DNA from: Eledone cirrhosa
Taxonomy: Eukaryota
Assembly (NCBI GenBank): GCA_964016885.1
Contig: OZ024744.1
Location: 17,174,001-17,238,000 of the forward strand
DNA: 64,000 bases
Reading direction: 5' to 3'
Under the pieces are notes generated by a model, which was not told where the DNA came from, did no database searches, and saw only the letters and a list, made by a program, of their open reading frames with translations. This document shows positions 1-10,265 of this stretch, piece by piece (position 1 is the stretch's first letter; each line of letters opens with the position of its first letter). A program made the translations under genes and the position numbers.

Positions 1-190
1 CCTCAGCGTGAAAGGTCTTTCTAAAAACGAAACAATACCTCCTACATTAACCAAGAACTCCTAAGACCTAACCGACAACCAAGAACTTAATTTATAAAAT
101 AATGTTTTTTAAGAAAAATTCTTTTTGGATTTTGTGAAGAAAATAAATTTGTTGAAAGCACAAGTGAAGCCATTTTTTCTTCCCCCTGTC

Positions 191-194
<4 letters not shown>

Positions 195-279
<85 letters not shown>

Positions 280-318
280 ATATATATGTATATATACATA
301 TATATACATATATATATA

Positions 319-381
<63 letters not shown>

Positions 382-492
382 ATATATATATGTATATATA
401 CATATATATACATATATATATATATATAGATATATATATGTATACATATATATGTATACATATATATATATACATATATATATCTATATCTA

Positions 493-556
<64 letters not shown>

Positions 557-586
557 CATATACACATATATATATATATATATATT
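195..586. repeat. (TA)n microsatellite with TG/CA interruptions; left flank of the PLE insertion
   Basis: Direct reading of the sequence; the overlapping YI/IY ORFs are artefacts. Confidence 0.97.
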
Positions 587-779
587 TATTGGTAAACGGA
601 AAAGAAAATGGTGACAAATTGTTCACACTGAAAAATAGTTTAATTAGGAATACGTGAGAATTAGTAATAAGTATTGATTATTATTCAGTTTTGGTTTCAA
701 GTTTTACCTGTTGCGCATTTCTAATGCTTTTCAAAAATAATTTTGAGATAGAGCGTCCGTGATGTTTGCTCTAATCTGA
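587..779 (-). repeat. Inverted partial pseudo-LTR (reverse complement of about 917-1108)
   Basis: TATTGGTAAACGGAAAAGAAAATG...CTAATCTGA is the reverse complement of TCAGATTAG...CATTTTCTTTTCTGTTTACCAATA, with scattered mismatches. Confidence 0.93.
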
Positions 780-813
780 CCACGAGATAGAGCGTCCGTG
801 ATGTTTCCTCTAA

Positions 814-1145
814 TTTGACCACAAGAATTTTTGCAAGACGAATTGGCGCGAAACTTATTTTAATACCTCTGGAGCCACTTTTTTCACATAAAAACGGGTA
901 GAATTTCCAAAACTAATCAGATTAGAGAAAACATCACGGACGCTCTATCTCAAAATTATTTTTGAAAAGCATTAGAAATGCGCAACCGGTAAAACTTAAA
1001 ACCAAAACTGAATACTAACCAATACTATTATTAATTCTCTCTTATTACTAATTAAACTATTTTTCACTGTGAACCATTTGTAAGCATTTTCTTTTCTGTT
1101 TACCAATATATCATAACTTGTGTGTTACACCTCTATTCTTTTAAA
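814..1145 (+). repeat. 5' pseudo-LTR of the PLE
   Basis: TTTGACCACAAGAA...CTCTATTCTTTTAAA matches 5705-6019; the 3' copy lacks a 17-nt segment. Confidence 0.93.
959..994 (+). ncRNA. Degenerate hammerhead-like motif in the pLTR (UUGAAAA core, stem II GCATT/AATGC, GCAA in place of GAAA, CCGG, UA)
   Basis: TTT-TTGAAAA-GCATT-AGA-AATGC-GCAA-CCGG-TA-AAA. Same layout as the motif at 7935-7972, but A13 is C and stem I is only about 3 bp. Confidence 0.4.
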
Positions 1146-1173
1146 GATCATATCCTCACACGAGATACAGAAA

Positions 1174-2484
1174 ATGCCAACAAAAATAGATACAACTCTT
1201 ATCAACACAAATGAAGATATTCTACAGGAACTCAAGAAAATTAACACCAACCTATCTGTGCTGGTCGACAAACTTGACTCCACAAATAAGGAAACCGTCA
1301 CCGGATACAAACCCTCCGAAATCGGCGATAAACTTCAAAACCTTTGCGATACTATCCAAACTATATTCACTACTACCAACCCAGGAAAAACCAACGAAGA
1401 ACCATGTGAGATTGATTCATATAAAATGAAAATTCGAACAATTCCAAAATGGAACAAATCCCTCAGAGACAGAAAGTTCTCATTCTGGAAGATGATACAA
1501 AATCACAACAAAGCCGAGATATATGAAAAATGGCTTAACTCAACCCCTCTAACTCTCCCACGTAAAATACAAATAAAGTCCATTCCAAATGAACCCGAAC
1601 CTCAAAGACACTTTAGGGAAAGAATGACATTGGAAAAAATGAAGACTGAAATTGAACTTCTTAAATTGAGGGCCCAGAAAAATGAGGAAAAAATCGAAAC
1701 CATCGATGAAGAGATCCTCCTGGAAATCAACAATAAAACTGAAGGCCCCAAGGTAGAGAAGATCTCTAAATTATGGAAAGAGGACTGCAATAGAGAAGAA
1801 CTGAAATCCCTTCAACGCTGGGGAAAAAGTGCCGCTTGGTTCCTACACTATGAATCGACTTTTCAAACGGATTAAACCTCCAATAACCCGTTCATAAAAA
1901 TAGGAAAACCCATAATCGAACCGCACAACAACTTCGCAAACCCCCAACCCACAAACAAACGAAGAAGGAAGCACCACACCGAAGATGAACTTCCCAACCT
2001 CGCTACCATAAGAAGGAACAAAAACCCTAGAAATCATCTCCCCCAGAATGACATTTACAACTTCCCCCTTTCAAGGAGACACCATACCAAATAACTCAAC
2101 TACTACGCGGATGCCTCATCGTCAAACATAGGGAAAAGATACCACCACCATGATAGATGTAACAACTTCCCCGCTTCAAGGGGACAGCAAGGTAATTTCC
2201 ATTTTCTCAACTCTCGCTTCCACAATACACAACAAACCCACACCACACGATACAACCAACAACGTAGGCCACCTATAACACCACAATCCAACATGGCACA
2301 TAGAAACACACACCCATACTCGCAATACAGGAACACCCCATTCAATCTACAACCACCAACCCGAACCACATTTTACAACAACAAGGAATATAACAAACAC
2401 AGGAGACCACTTAACATCAGCAGACAACCCCTCTACCCCAACCATTTTTTAGACACGGCACACAGATACAGGCAAACAAAATAA
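1174..2484 (+). pseudogene. PLE ORF1, about 436 codons: helical/coiled-coil-like N-half and N/H/Q/R/P-rich low-complexity C-half; two nonsense codons
   Basis: ATG at 1174. Track ORFs 1120-1875 and 2293-2484 share one frame; manual translation between them shows only TAA at 1873-1875 and 2092-2094. E/K/L-rich heptad-like stretch TLEKMKTEIELLKLRAQKNEEKIETIDEEI. Confidence 0.75.
2445..2451 (+). promoter_or_regulatory. Candidate -1 programmed ribosomal frameshift heptamer T_TTT_TTA
   Basis: caT TTT TTA is in X_XXY_YYZ phase in the ORF1 frame, and the -1 frame is the RT frame. Confidence 0.6.
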
Positions 2485-4774
2485 CACAAGACAGGGAGGA
2501 GAAGCCGATAGTAATAAAAATGATCAATCTAACTAGTGCAGAACCAACACCAAACCTTATCAACTTACTCTCCAAAGGTCTTAAATTCACACCGACCCCA
2601 CTACGTCCTAACTACTATGAAATGAAGGAAGACATCACAGACTTCTGTAGAAAGTTACGACTCAGTGAAGAACTATTCGACCAGTACAATGAGGAATAAT
2701 CATTAGCCAGAAATAGAAGCAATTATACCGCATCAAAAGGTAGAAATAAAATCCTGGACGAATTCTGTGAACACATCACAAACTTCCTTTACCAACACTT
2801 GCACAGACAAAAACACAAGCCAAACCTCAACAAGAAAGAATGGGAAGAATTAAATAGATTAAAAACCGACAGAACCATTACAATTAAAGAGGCTGATAAA
2901 GGGAGTACAGTAGTCCTAATGGAGACAGAATTCTATATCAACTTAGCGCTCTCCACTTTGGAAAACGAAACATACTACGAAAAGACTGAACACTACAATC
3001 AACAGAAAATTATGAGAAACCTAAAAACTCTGATCAACCAATACAAAGAAGGACTCATTAACAAGGAATTCAGCTTCATCACAGACTTCACAAGTAAATC
3101 CAGCCTTTTCTACGGTATCCTTAAAGTACATAAAAGCCAATTAATAAGTAAGGCATGCAAGGAAGCCACAGACATAGTCATCAATGTCTCCTCGCCCAAT
3201 GATCTCAAATTAAGACCTATAATAGCAGGCTCCGCTTGCGAAACCCACCGCCTTAGCAACTTCATTGATACCCTTCTCAAGCCTTTTCTCAAACACATCA
3301 AAAGCTATATAAGGGACGACCTAGATAGGCTCAATCACCTCCCTAATATGCCCCTTTCTGAACAAACCCTACTAGGGACGTTCGATGTAGTCAACCTATA
3401 CTCCAACCCCCCCCCCCCCTACAACCTAGGAATAGAAGCTATCCAATTCTGGCTGGATAATTACCACAATGAACTCCCACAACGCATCAAAAAAGAATTC
3501 GTGATAGAGGGACTCAAATTTATCTTGGAGAACAATTACTTCGTTTTCAATAACAAACCCTACAGGCAGACATCTGGGACCGCTATGGGAACGAAAACAA
3601 CCCTCACTTATGCCAACCTAGTTATGGGATACCTGGAAATCACCCTCTACACTAAAGTCCTGAACAAATTTGGAAACACTCTCCACTTACACATAGAAAG
3701 GAACTGGAAGCGATATCTAGATGACTGCTTCATCCTTTGGCACGAAAACATCGAGAAACTTAAAGAATTTCACACCCTTATAAATGGGCTCAACACAAAT
3801 ATTAACTTCACGATGGAATACAGCCATCAACAACTCCCCTTCCTCGACATCCTCATTAAGATCCCTAACAAAAAAATAGAAACAGACATATACTACAAGC
3901 CCACAGACTCCAAGCAATATCTTCCTTTCAACTCTTGCCACCCTAGACACGTTAAAATTAATATTCCCTACAACTTAGCCAAGAGAATCTGTACTATAGT
4001 CTCCAATAAAAACACCTGCTACTTACGGCTACAAGAACTAAAGGACACACTCATAGGCAGGGACTACCCTTCATCACTAATTGACAATGGAATCCAATGT
4101 GCCCTAAAACTCAGTACCCAGAACCTTAGACACCATAAAGTAAATCAACCGAAACTAAAAGCTCTTCCATACATCTCCACACACAACCCCCTCAACAATG
4201 AGGCCTTTGACACCATCCTCCAGAACATCCCTGTGTTGAAAAAGGACCATAGAATGAACCAAATCCTACGAACACACGATATCATAAAGAGCAAAAGACA
4301 ATCTAAGTCAATGAAAAACATCCTAACACATGCCAAAGTAGTGCCAACCACAACAACGAAACCCACAGTAAAAAAATGCGATAGACCCAACTGTGGCATA
4401 TGCATCAACCTAATAGAGAGTTCGGAATTCTATTTCAAAGAAGGACAACGTTTTATAGTAAAACACAATTTCACATGCGCATCAGAAAATCTAATATATG
4501 TATTAACTTGCTCAGGTTGTCGAGAACAATACATAGGCCAGACCAAATCAGCCTCCACCAACGCATGACTGTCCATAGATCCCAAATTAAAATATGGGAA
4601 TACAGGAAAATACCACTGAGTGAACACATGGATACCTGTGCCGCCCAAAATCATCCCAACTTCAGAATCTTTCCCCTCTACAAATTTAAAGATAATGCCA
4701 CCTACACCCAGCGCATCAGCAAGGAATCTTTCTTTATTAACAAATACAGACCCCGTCTAAACACTTCTCCCTAA
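2451..4774 (+). pseudogene. PLE ORF2: reverse transcriptase plus C-terminal GIY-YIG endonuclease, disrupted
   Basis: Frame reads from 2451 (…MINLTSAEPTPNLINLLSKGLKFTPTP…FCRKLRL). Premature TAA at 2697-2699; YLDD at 3714-3725. A frameshift near 4547 after YIGQT continues as ISLHQRMTVHRSQI…PLSEHMDTC…KESFFINKYRPRLNTSP* (CCHH pattern), ending at 4774. Confidence 0.92.
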
Positions 4775-5704
4775 GACGAACCCACAACATACACACGTCA
4801 ACATACATACCTACATCAGCATACATCTCTATCCACATATAAACACAATGACATACGTAAACACACATGTTCTATGGTGCAACACAAATATACACAAATT
4901 TGCATACCTTTTGATGTCTATAGATATAAACGTGCCGGCACACACACATACATAAACGCACACATGCATTGCACACTGATGGGCACATACATACATGTGC
5001 ACAAGTATTCGAATACGGCAAGGCCTAATGGATTCTCCTTGCAGTACGTACAATCTGAACACTCACACACACCTTGGTATTATGCCAAAGCTATATATCA
5101 TTTCACACCTTTTTATTATTAAGGTTTTTGGTGTTCTTTTGAGAGAATCGTTTTTACTTAAAATATCGAATAATGTACACCATTTTACCAGTATCACAAA
5201 AATAAATACTGGTCCCTCCCCCACACACACACACATTCTCACACACACACACACACATATATATACACACACACACACATATATACACACACATACACAC
5301 GAGTACATTAACATACAAAGAGACATATACACATACACACACACACACTTCTCCGTATAAGACAAGAGCTGAAAAATACCTTTTAACATGTTAAAATATC
5401 CCCCACACACTTACAGACACATTCCTACTGACCATCCCTCTACCACGAATTACTCTGCTACACACACACACACACTTGTCTTAATAGGCATTTGAACTGT
5501 CAATAGGCTGCGGTTCGCACACACATCCCTGCTGACCATTATCACAACAACGAACCTCTTTACTACTACTACACACACACACGCACATATTTGTTTTGAA
5601 AGACTTATTTTTCAGTGACTTCTCAATCAGCCGACACAAACCTACATTTGGCGCAAAATCAATTTTTAACATTCACATGACCTCTACCGACCAATCAAAA
5701 TTGT

Positions 5705-6019
5705 TTTGACCACAAGAAGTTTTGCAACACGAATTGGCGCGAAACGTATTTTAATACCCCTGGAGCCACATTTTTCACATAAAAACAGATAGAATTTCCA
5801 AAACTAATCAGATTAGAGCAAACATCACGGACGCTCTATCTCAAAATTATTTTTTAAAAGCATTAGAAATGCGCAACCGGTAAAACTTAAAACCAATACT
5901 ATTACTAATTCTCACTCATTCCTAATTAAACTATTTTTCCCTGTGAACAATTTGTCAGCATTTTCTTTTCCGTTTACCAATATATCATAACTTGTGTGTT
6001 ACACCTCTATTCTTTTAAA
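5705..6019 (+). repeat. 3' pseudo-LTR of the PLE, running into (TA)n
   Basis: Direct repeat of 814-1145. Confidence 0.93.
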
Positions 6020-6023
6020 TAAA

Positions 6024-6076
<53 letters not shown>

Positions 6077-6365
6077 TAATATATCTATTTGTATATGTAT
6101 ATGAGTATGGGTATATACCTTTTTCTTTGTATGTCTGAGTTGTGTGAGAGTGTAGTGGTGTTTGTATGTATATACCGATATATAGATGCGTAAGTATTTG
6201 TCTGTATGTATGTATATATGTCTGTATGTATTTGTGTGTATATATAGGTATGTATGTGTATATCTGTATGTATATATGTATGTAAGTGTAGGTATATGTG
6301 TATGTATATGTGTATATATATGTGTGTCTATATAGTATGTGTGATTATATGCCTATGTATGAGTG

Positions 6366-6434
<69 letters not shown>

Positions 6435-6729
6435 GTGTATTTATATGTATGTGTGTATTTGTATCTATGTGTGTATATGTATATGTTTATATATGTGTGT
6501 GTATGTTATGTTCTAAGTGTGGATGTGTGTATATGTATGTATGTGTTTGTATATGTGTATGTGTATATGTATATGTGTGTGTGTGTGTGTGTATGTATGT
6601 GTATATATATATATATATGTATGTATATGTATATATAGATATATATATATGGATATATATATATATAAAGTATGTATGTGTATATATATATGTATGTGTA
6701 TGTATATATATATATAGATATATATATAT

Positions 6730-6766
<37 letters not shown>

Positions 6767-6870
6767 CTTGATATATTTCTTTTTTCTTTTTTCTTTTTTC
6801 TTTTTTCTTTTTCTTTTCTTTCCTTTTTAATGTTTATTTATTATTTATTATTATTTTTTATTTTCTTAGT
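6020..6870. repeat. (TA)n/(TG)n/(TATG)n microsatellite patch followed by a T-rich tract
   Basis: Direct reading of the sequence. Confidence 0.92.
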
Positions 6871-6889
6871 TTATAGATACATCTATATT

Positions 6890-7755
6890 AAGCAGGCAGC
6901 CCAAACCGTTGAATACTGACCTCTCCCCCCCCCCTCCCACCTAATTTCTGTATCTTTATCTAAATGTGTGTGCCAGTGTTTATGTGAGTGAATTAATATC
7001 CATGTGCTTAGGATTTTATATCCACATATATATATGTGAGTGGTGGTGTGTGTGTGTTTGTATGTTTATAGTTTATGTGTATGTTTATGCATATACGCGC
7101 GTGTATGTGTGATTGTACGGATATGTGTTAGTATGAAAATATGTGTATACACTTATTTCATATTTATGTATCTATACGCATCTTATCTGTGCATTATAAA
7201 CTTACAGAGACATTAACCTTGAAATTTTGTATTTGCATCCATCCTTTTTGTATGAGTATACAGGTTGTGCATACATTTTGTAAAATATGTGTAAGGGTTA
7301 TTACATGTATATACACACACCGAACGGCATTAAACCTTTTGTATTTTCATTGGTCAATTTTGTTCCCAAACGGACCTGAAAGTTTGAATTGTTGTTATTA
7401 TCAATAAATATATTTCATTATTTCTGAAGACGGCGTATATATGTGTTGGTATGTATATTTAATCTTGATAGTTTGTATAATTTTGTATAATTGTGTACAT
7501 AGATCTGTTGAATATGCATGCCAACTCTAACACATATATATCCTAGAAACGATCGTTAAATAATGAACTTTTTTTGTTTAATATAAGGAATTGTTTATTC
7601 ATTATTTGTTTAATATTTTATCTTGACTCTGTATACCGTTTATCTTTCACCGAAAGTGATTTTTCATTACATTTCTTCTTTCCATGATATCTGGAATACA
7701 TTGAGTTCTTCATACGGATTGGACACTACCGTAAACTCTTGGTAGATTTATCTAC
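6890..7755 (+). mobile_element. Probable 3' end (3'UTR/pLTR) of another PLE family
   Basis: Contains the hammerhead at 7414-7567 and AATAAA at 7403, and ends in (TA)n. A possible remnant of the endonuclease C-terminus (RQPKPLNT) lies near 6893-6917 but is weak. Confidence 0.5.
7414..7567 (+). ncRNA. Type I hammerhead ribozyme motif with an enlarged stem II
   Basis: Stem I TTCATTATTT (7414-7423)/AAATAATGAA (7558-7567); CTGAAGA at 7424-7430; stem II includes TATATATGTGTT/AACACATATATA; GAAAC-GATC-GT-T, giving triplet GUU and a palindromic loop III. Confidence 0.8.
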
Positions 7756-7801
<46 letters not shown>

Positions 7802-7934
7802 TCGAAAGTGAGGTTTTTTTTACATAATGAAAAATAACCGAGGTGTCCTACACGAGTGAAAGTATAAATAAAAAAGATGAAATCGAAAATGCAACTGGAG
7901 TCTTATTTTTAAAAATATATATATTTATTTGGTT

Positions 7935-7972
7935 CCTTTACCGGTTTCGCAGTTCTTCTGCTTTTCAAAAGG
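7935..7972 (-). ncRNA. Minimal type I hammerhead motif with U3-A8 core covariant
   Basis: Minus strand reads CCTT-TTGAAAA-GCAG-AAGAA-CTGC-GAAA-CCGG-TA-AAGG. Confidence 0.68.
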
Positions 7973-8065
7973 TGAGTTGAGATGGAGGGTCTGTGGTTTT
8001 TCTCACACGCACACACATATATATATATAAAGAAGAAATTAAAAGATGGTTAAAAAGGTTTTATA

Positions 8066-8132
8066 TATTTTATTATGCGCATTTCGAAAACAACATCCTG
8101 GGACAAAAATTGTGTTCTCATCAGATAAAATA
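8066..8132 (-). ncRNA. Minimal type I hammerhead ribozyme of the PLE type
   Basis: Minus strand reads TATTTTAT-CTGATGA-GAACACAA…TTGTTTTC-GAAA-T-GCGC-A-TA-ATAAAATA: 8-bp stem I, palindromic GCGC loop III, triplet AUA. Confidence 0.88.
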
Positions 8133-9030
8133 AGGTAACATGATATGAGGCCTAAAAACACTTGTGAGCAACCAAGTGTCCAGTCAACATATGACAAAAA
8201 TATAAGTGAAGAGAAAAAATTGGAAAAATGAAGAAAAGGAAAGAAGAAGGAAAAAGGCAAAAGAAATAGAAGAGTGGAAAAAAGAAAGAAAGAAGGAGGA
8301 GAGAGAAAGAGAAAGAGAGTGAGAGATATACTTTTGATCGGGAACGCTGTTAAAAATAAAAGAAACAGCTGTGAATAACGGCTAAAAAAATAAATAAATA
8401 TATTAATTAATTAATTAATGAGGTGAATGTGCTATTACAAATATTAGATGTCTAGAATATAGAAACTGGGTATATTATTTAATATTGAGTTTGAATACTA
8501 AAAATTAGATTAATAAGTGTAAAAATGTATTAATAAAATAAAATAAAATAAAATAAAATTTAAATCAAATTAAAAATAATTATAATAATTATAAAAAAGT
8601 TTTTTTTTTAAATAAAAAAATAAATAAATAAAAATAAAAAATAAAATAAGATTGACTAGAATAAAAATAAAAATAAGAATAGTCTATCTATGTCAAATTT
8701 AAAAATTACTATTAAAAATGTATATATGTGAGGTATAGTATTTGATTATTATTTTATATCAACAAGTAAATAAAGGAAATTGCTAGAAAGGTTTATAAAT
8801 GTAGAAATACATATGTCGTCATAGATTGTTTACAAAATCTACGAAGGTTTGAACGAAAAAAATTACATCAATAGAGAAAGGAGGTGAAAGGCTTAATAAT
8901 GCAGAGAAAGGGGGATTAATAAATTGTAGAATATAATGAAATATGTGAGAAAAAATGGTGTGAAATGATATACGTGTAAAAATATATGTGTAAAAAATTA
9001 AACGTTATTCTTAGAATAAGTAATAGGACA

Positions 9031-9805
9031 TTAGCTGTATACTTTGTGAAATGTCTTAACAGATTTATGAATGCAGAAACCAAAGAAGTCCGTACGTCTA
9101 TTTATTAAAGAGTTGAAATTCGAGATAATGGTAAATGTTTCAGCTAGACATAAATTACAAACCCTAGATATGGAAGCATTGGAGTAAGGTAAAGCGTTGC
9201 AAATTTTACTCCAAGAGATTTCGTAATTAATGTTTTTGTCTTTTAAGGACCAAATAAGTTCTGAGAGTGCGGTGCTGGTCCTTTTAAGTGGATATTTAAA
9301 TGTAGAAGAATGGTTATAGAGTATTGCTTTAAAACAAGTAGAAGTAGAGCCAATATAGGTATAGGTATTGGTACTAGTTACCACTTTACATTCGTATATT
9401 AGGTTTTTATCGAGACAGAAATTACTAAGAGGACAATTAGTTCTAATAGGGCAGTTGCATTTACGATTAAGATTATTAACAGACTTATTTACCAGTGGCC
9501 CAGGATTATTTATAATAGGAACTGGAGAGGTGGAATTAGCTAAAGGGGGTGCTAAAGTTTCCTGATTTACATTACTATTTGAAGCATTCCTCAAAGATAC
9601 CTTTGACGTCGTATTTATATTTAAGTTATTTTGCGTAGAGTTTACATTAACGTCGGGCCTTAGAGTGTTATCATGACTCTCATGGTTGGATGCATATGAG
9701 ATATTATTTAATATTTTAGAATTATGTCTTGAGATAATTTAGAAATGTTGGAAGTAGTGGAATATGAGAATTTAATGGTATGGTCATTCAAAATCTTGCA
9801 ATATA
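9031..9805 (-). pseudogene. PLE linker plus GIY-YIG endonuclease fragment
   Basis: KILNDHTIKFSYSTTSNISK, then a frameshift near 9738, then IISRHNSKI…CNCPIRTNCPLSNFCLDKNLIYECKV…YIGSTSTCFK…YNH…TALSELIWSLK…CNLCLAE…LINRR…CIH. Confidence 0.85.
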
Positions 9806-9811
9806 CATATA

Positions 9812-9933
9812 TGTCGAAACGGCTTGAGATCTGCGTCGGGGTCATACTTTTTCCTATTACCCACTCTACTACCATAAGTATTGAGTACTCTGGTGCGTTA
9901 TGGTCCATCTGGTTCCTTACCACAATTCCTTCG

Positions 9934-10008
<75 letters not shown>

Positions 10009-10176
10009 CTGAAGATAAATATGGTAACATGTAACCAAGTAACATGTACCTTGTCGAAGCGGCTTGAGATCTGCGTCGGGGGTCATACTTTTTCCTATTA
10101 CCCACTCTACTACCAGAAGTATTGAGTACTCTGGTGCGTTATGGTCCATCTGGTTCCTAACCACAATTCATTCGTT

Positions 10177-10265
<89 letters not shown>

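Larger units (their letters stand above)
587..6019 (+). mobile_element. Near full-length, decayed Penelope-like retroelement (EN+, Neptune-type): inverted pLTR, 5' pLTR, ORF1, RT-GIY-YIG ORF2, 3'UTR, 3' pLTR
   Basis: PLE motifs in order: INLTS..LLSKGLKFTPTP, ADKG, GTAMGT, RYLDD, LPFLDI, Cys linker CDRPNCGIC, LIY..CSGC..YIGQT. Direct repeats at 814-1145 and 5705-6019; inverted copy at 587-779; (TA)n on both sides. Confidence 0.93.
8030..9805 (-). mobile_element. 5'-truncated Penelope-like element of a second subfamily: endonuclease domain, long AT-rich 3'UTR and hammerhead
   Basis: GIY-YIG coding remnant at 9031-9805 followed, on the same strand, by the hammerhead at 8066-8132. Confidence 0.82.

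Noticed and set aside
87-626. YI/IY-rich ORFs here and at 6254-6919, 9745-10420 and 11719-11904
   Set aside because: They are translations of (TA)n/(TG)n microsatellites, with no protein-like content.
3407-3419. Poly-Pro (NPPPPY) insertion in the RT as a functional novelty
   Set aside because: It is a C13 homopolymer at a normally conserved site, most likely slippage or a sequencing error in a dead copy.
4976-5016. CTGATGG-GCACAT/ATGTGC-ACAA-GTATTCGAATAC hammerhead-like arrangement in the PLE 3'UTR
   Set aside because: Both core boxes are mismatched and there is no stem I.
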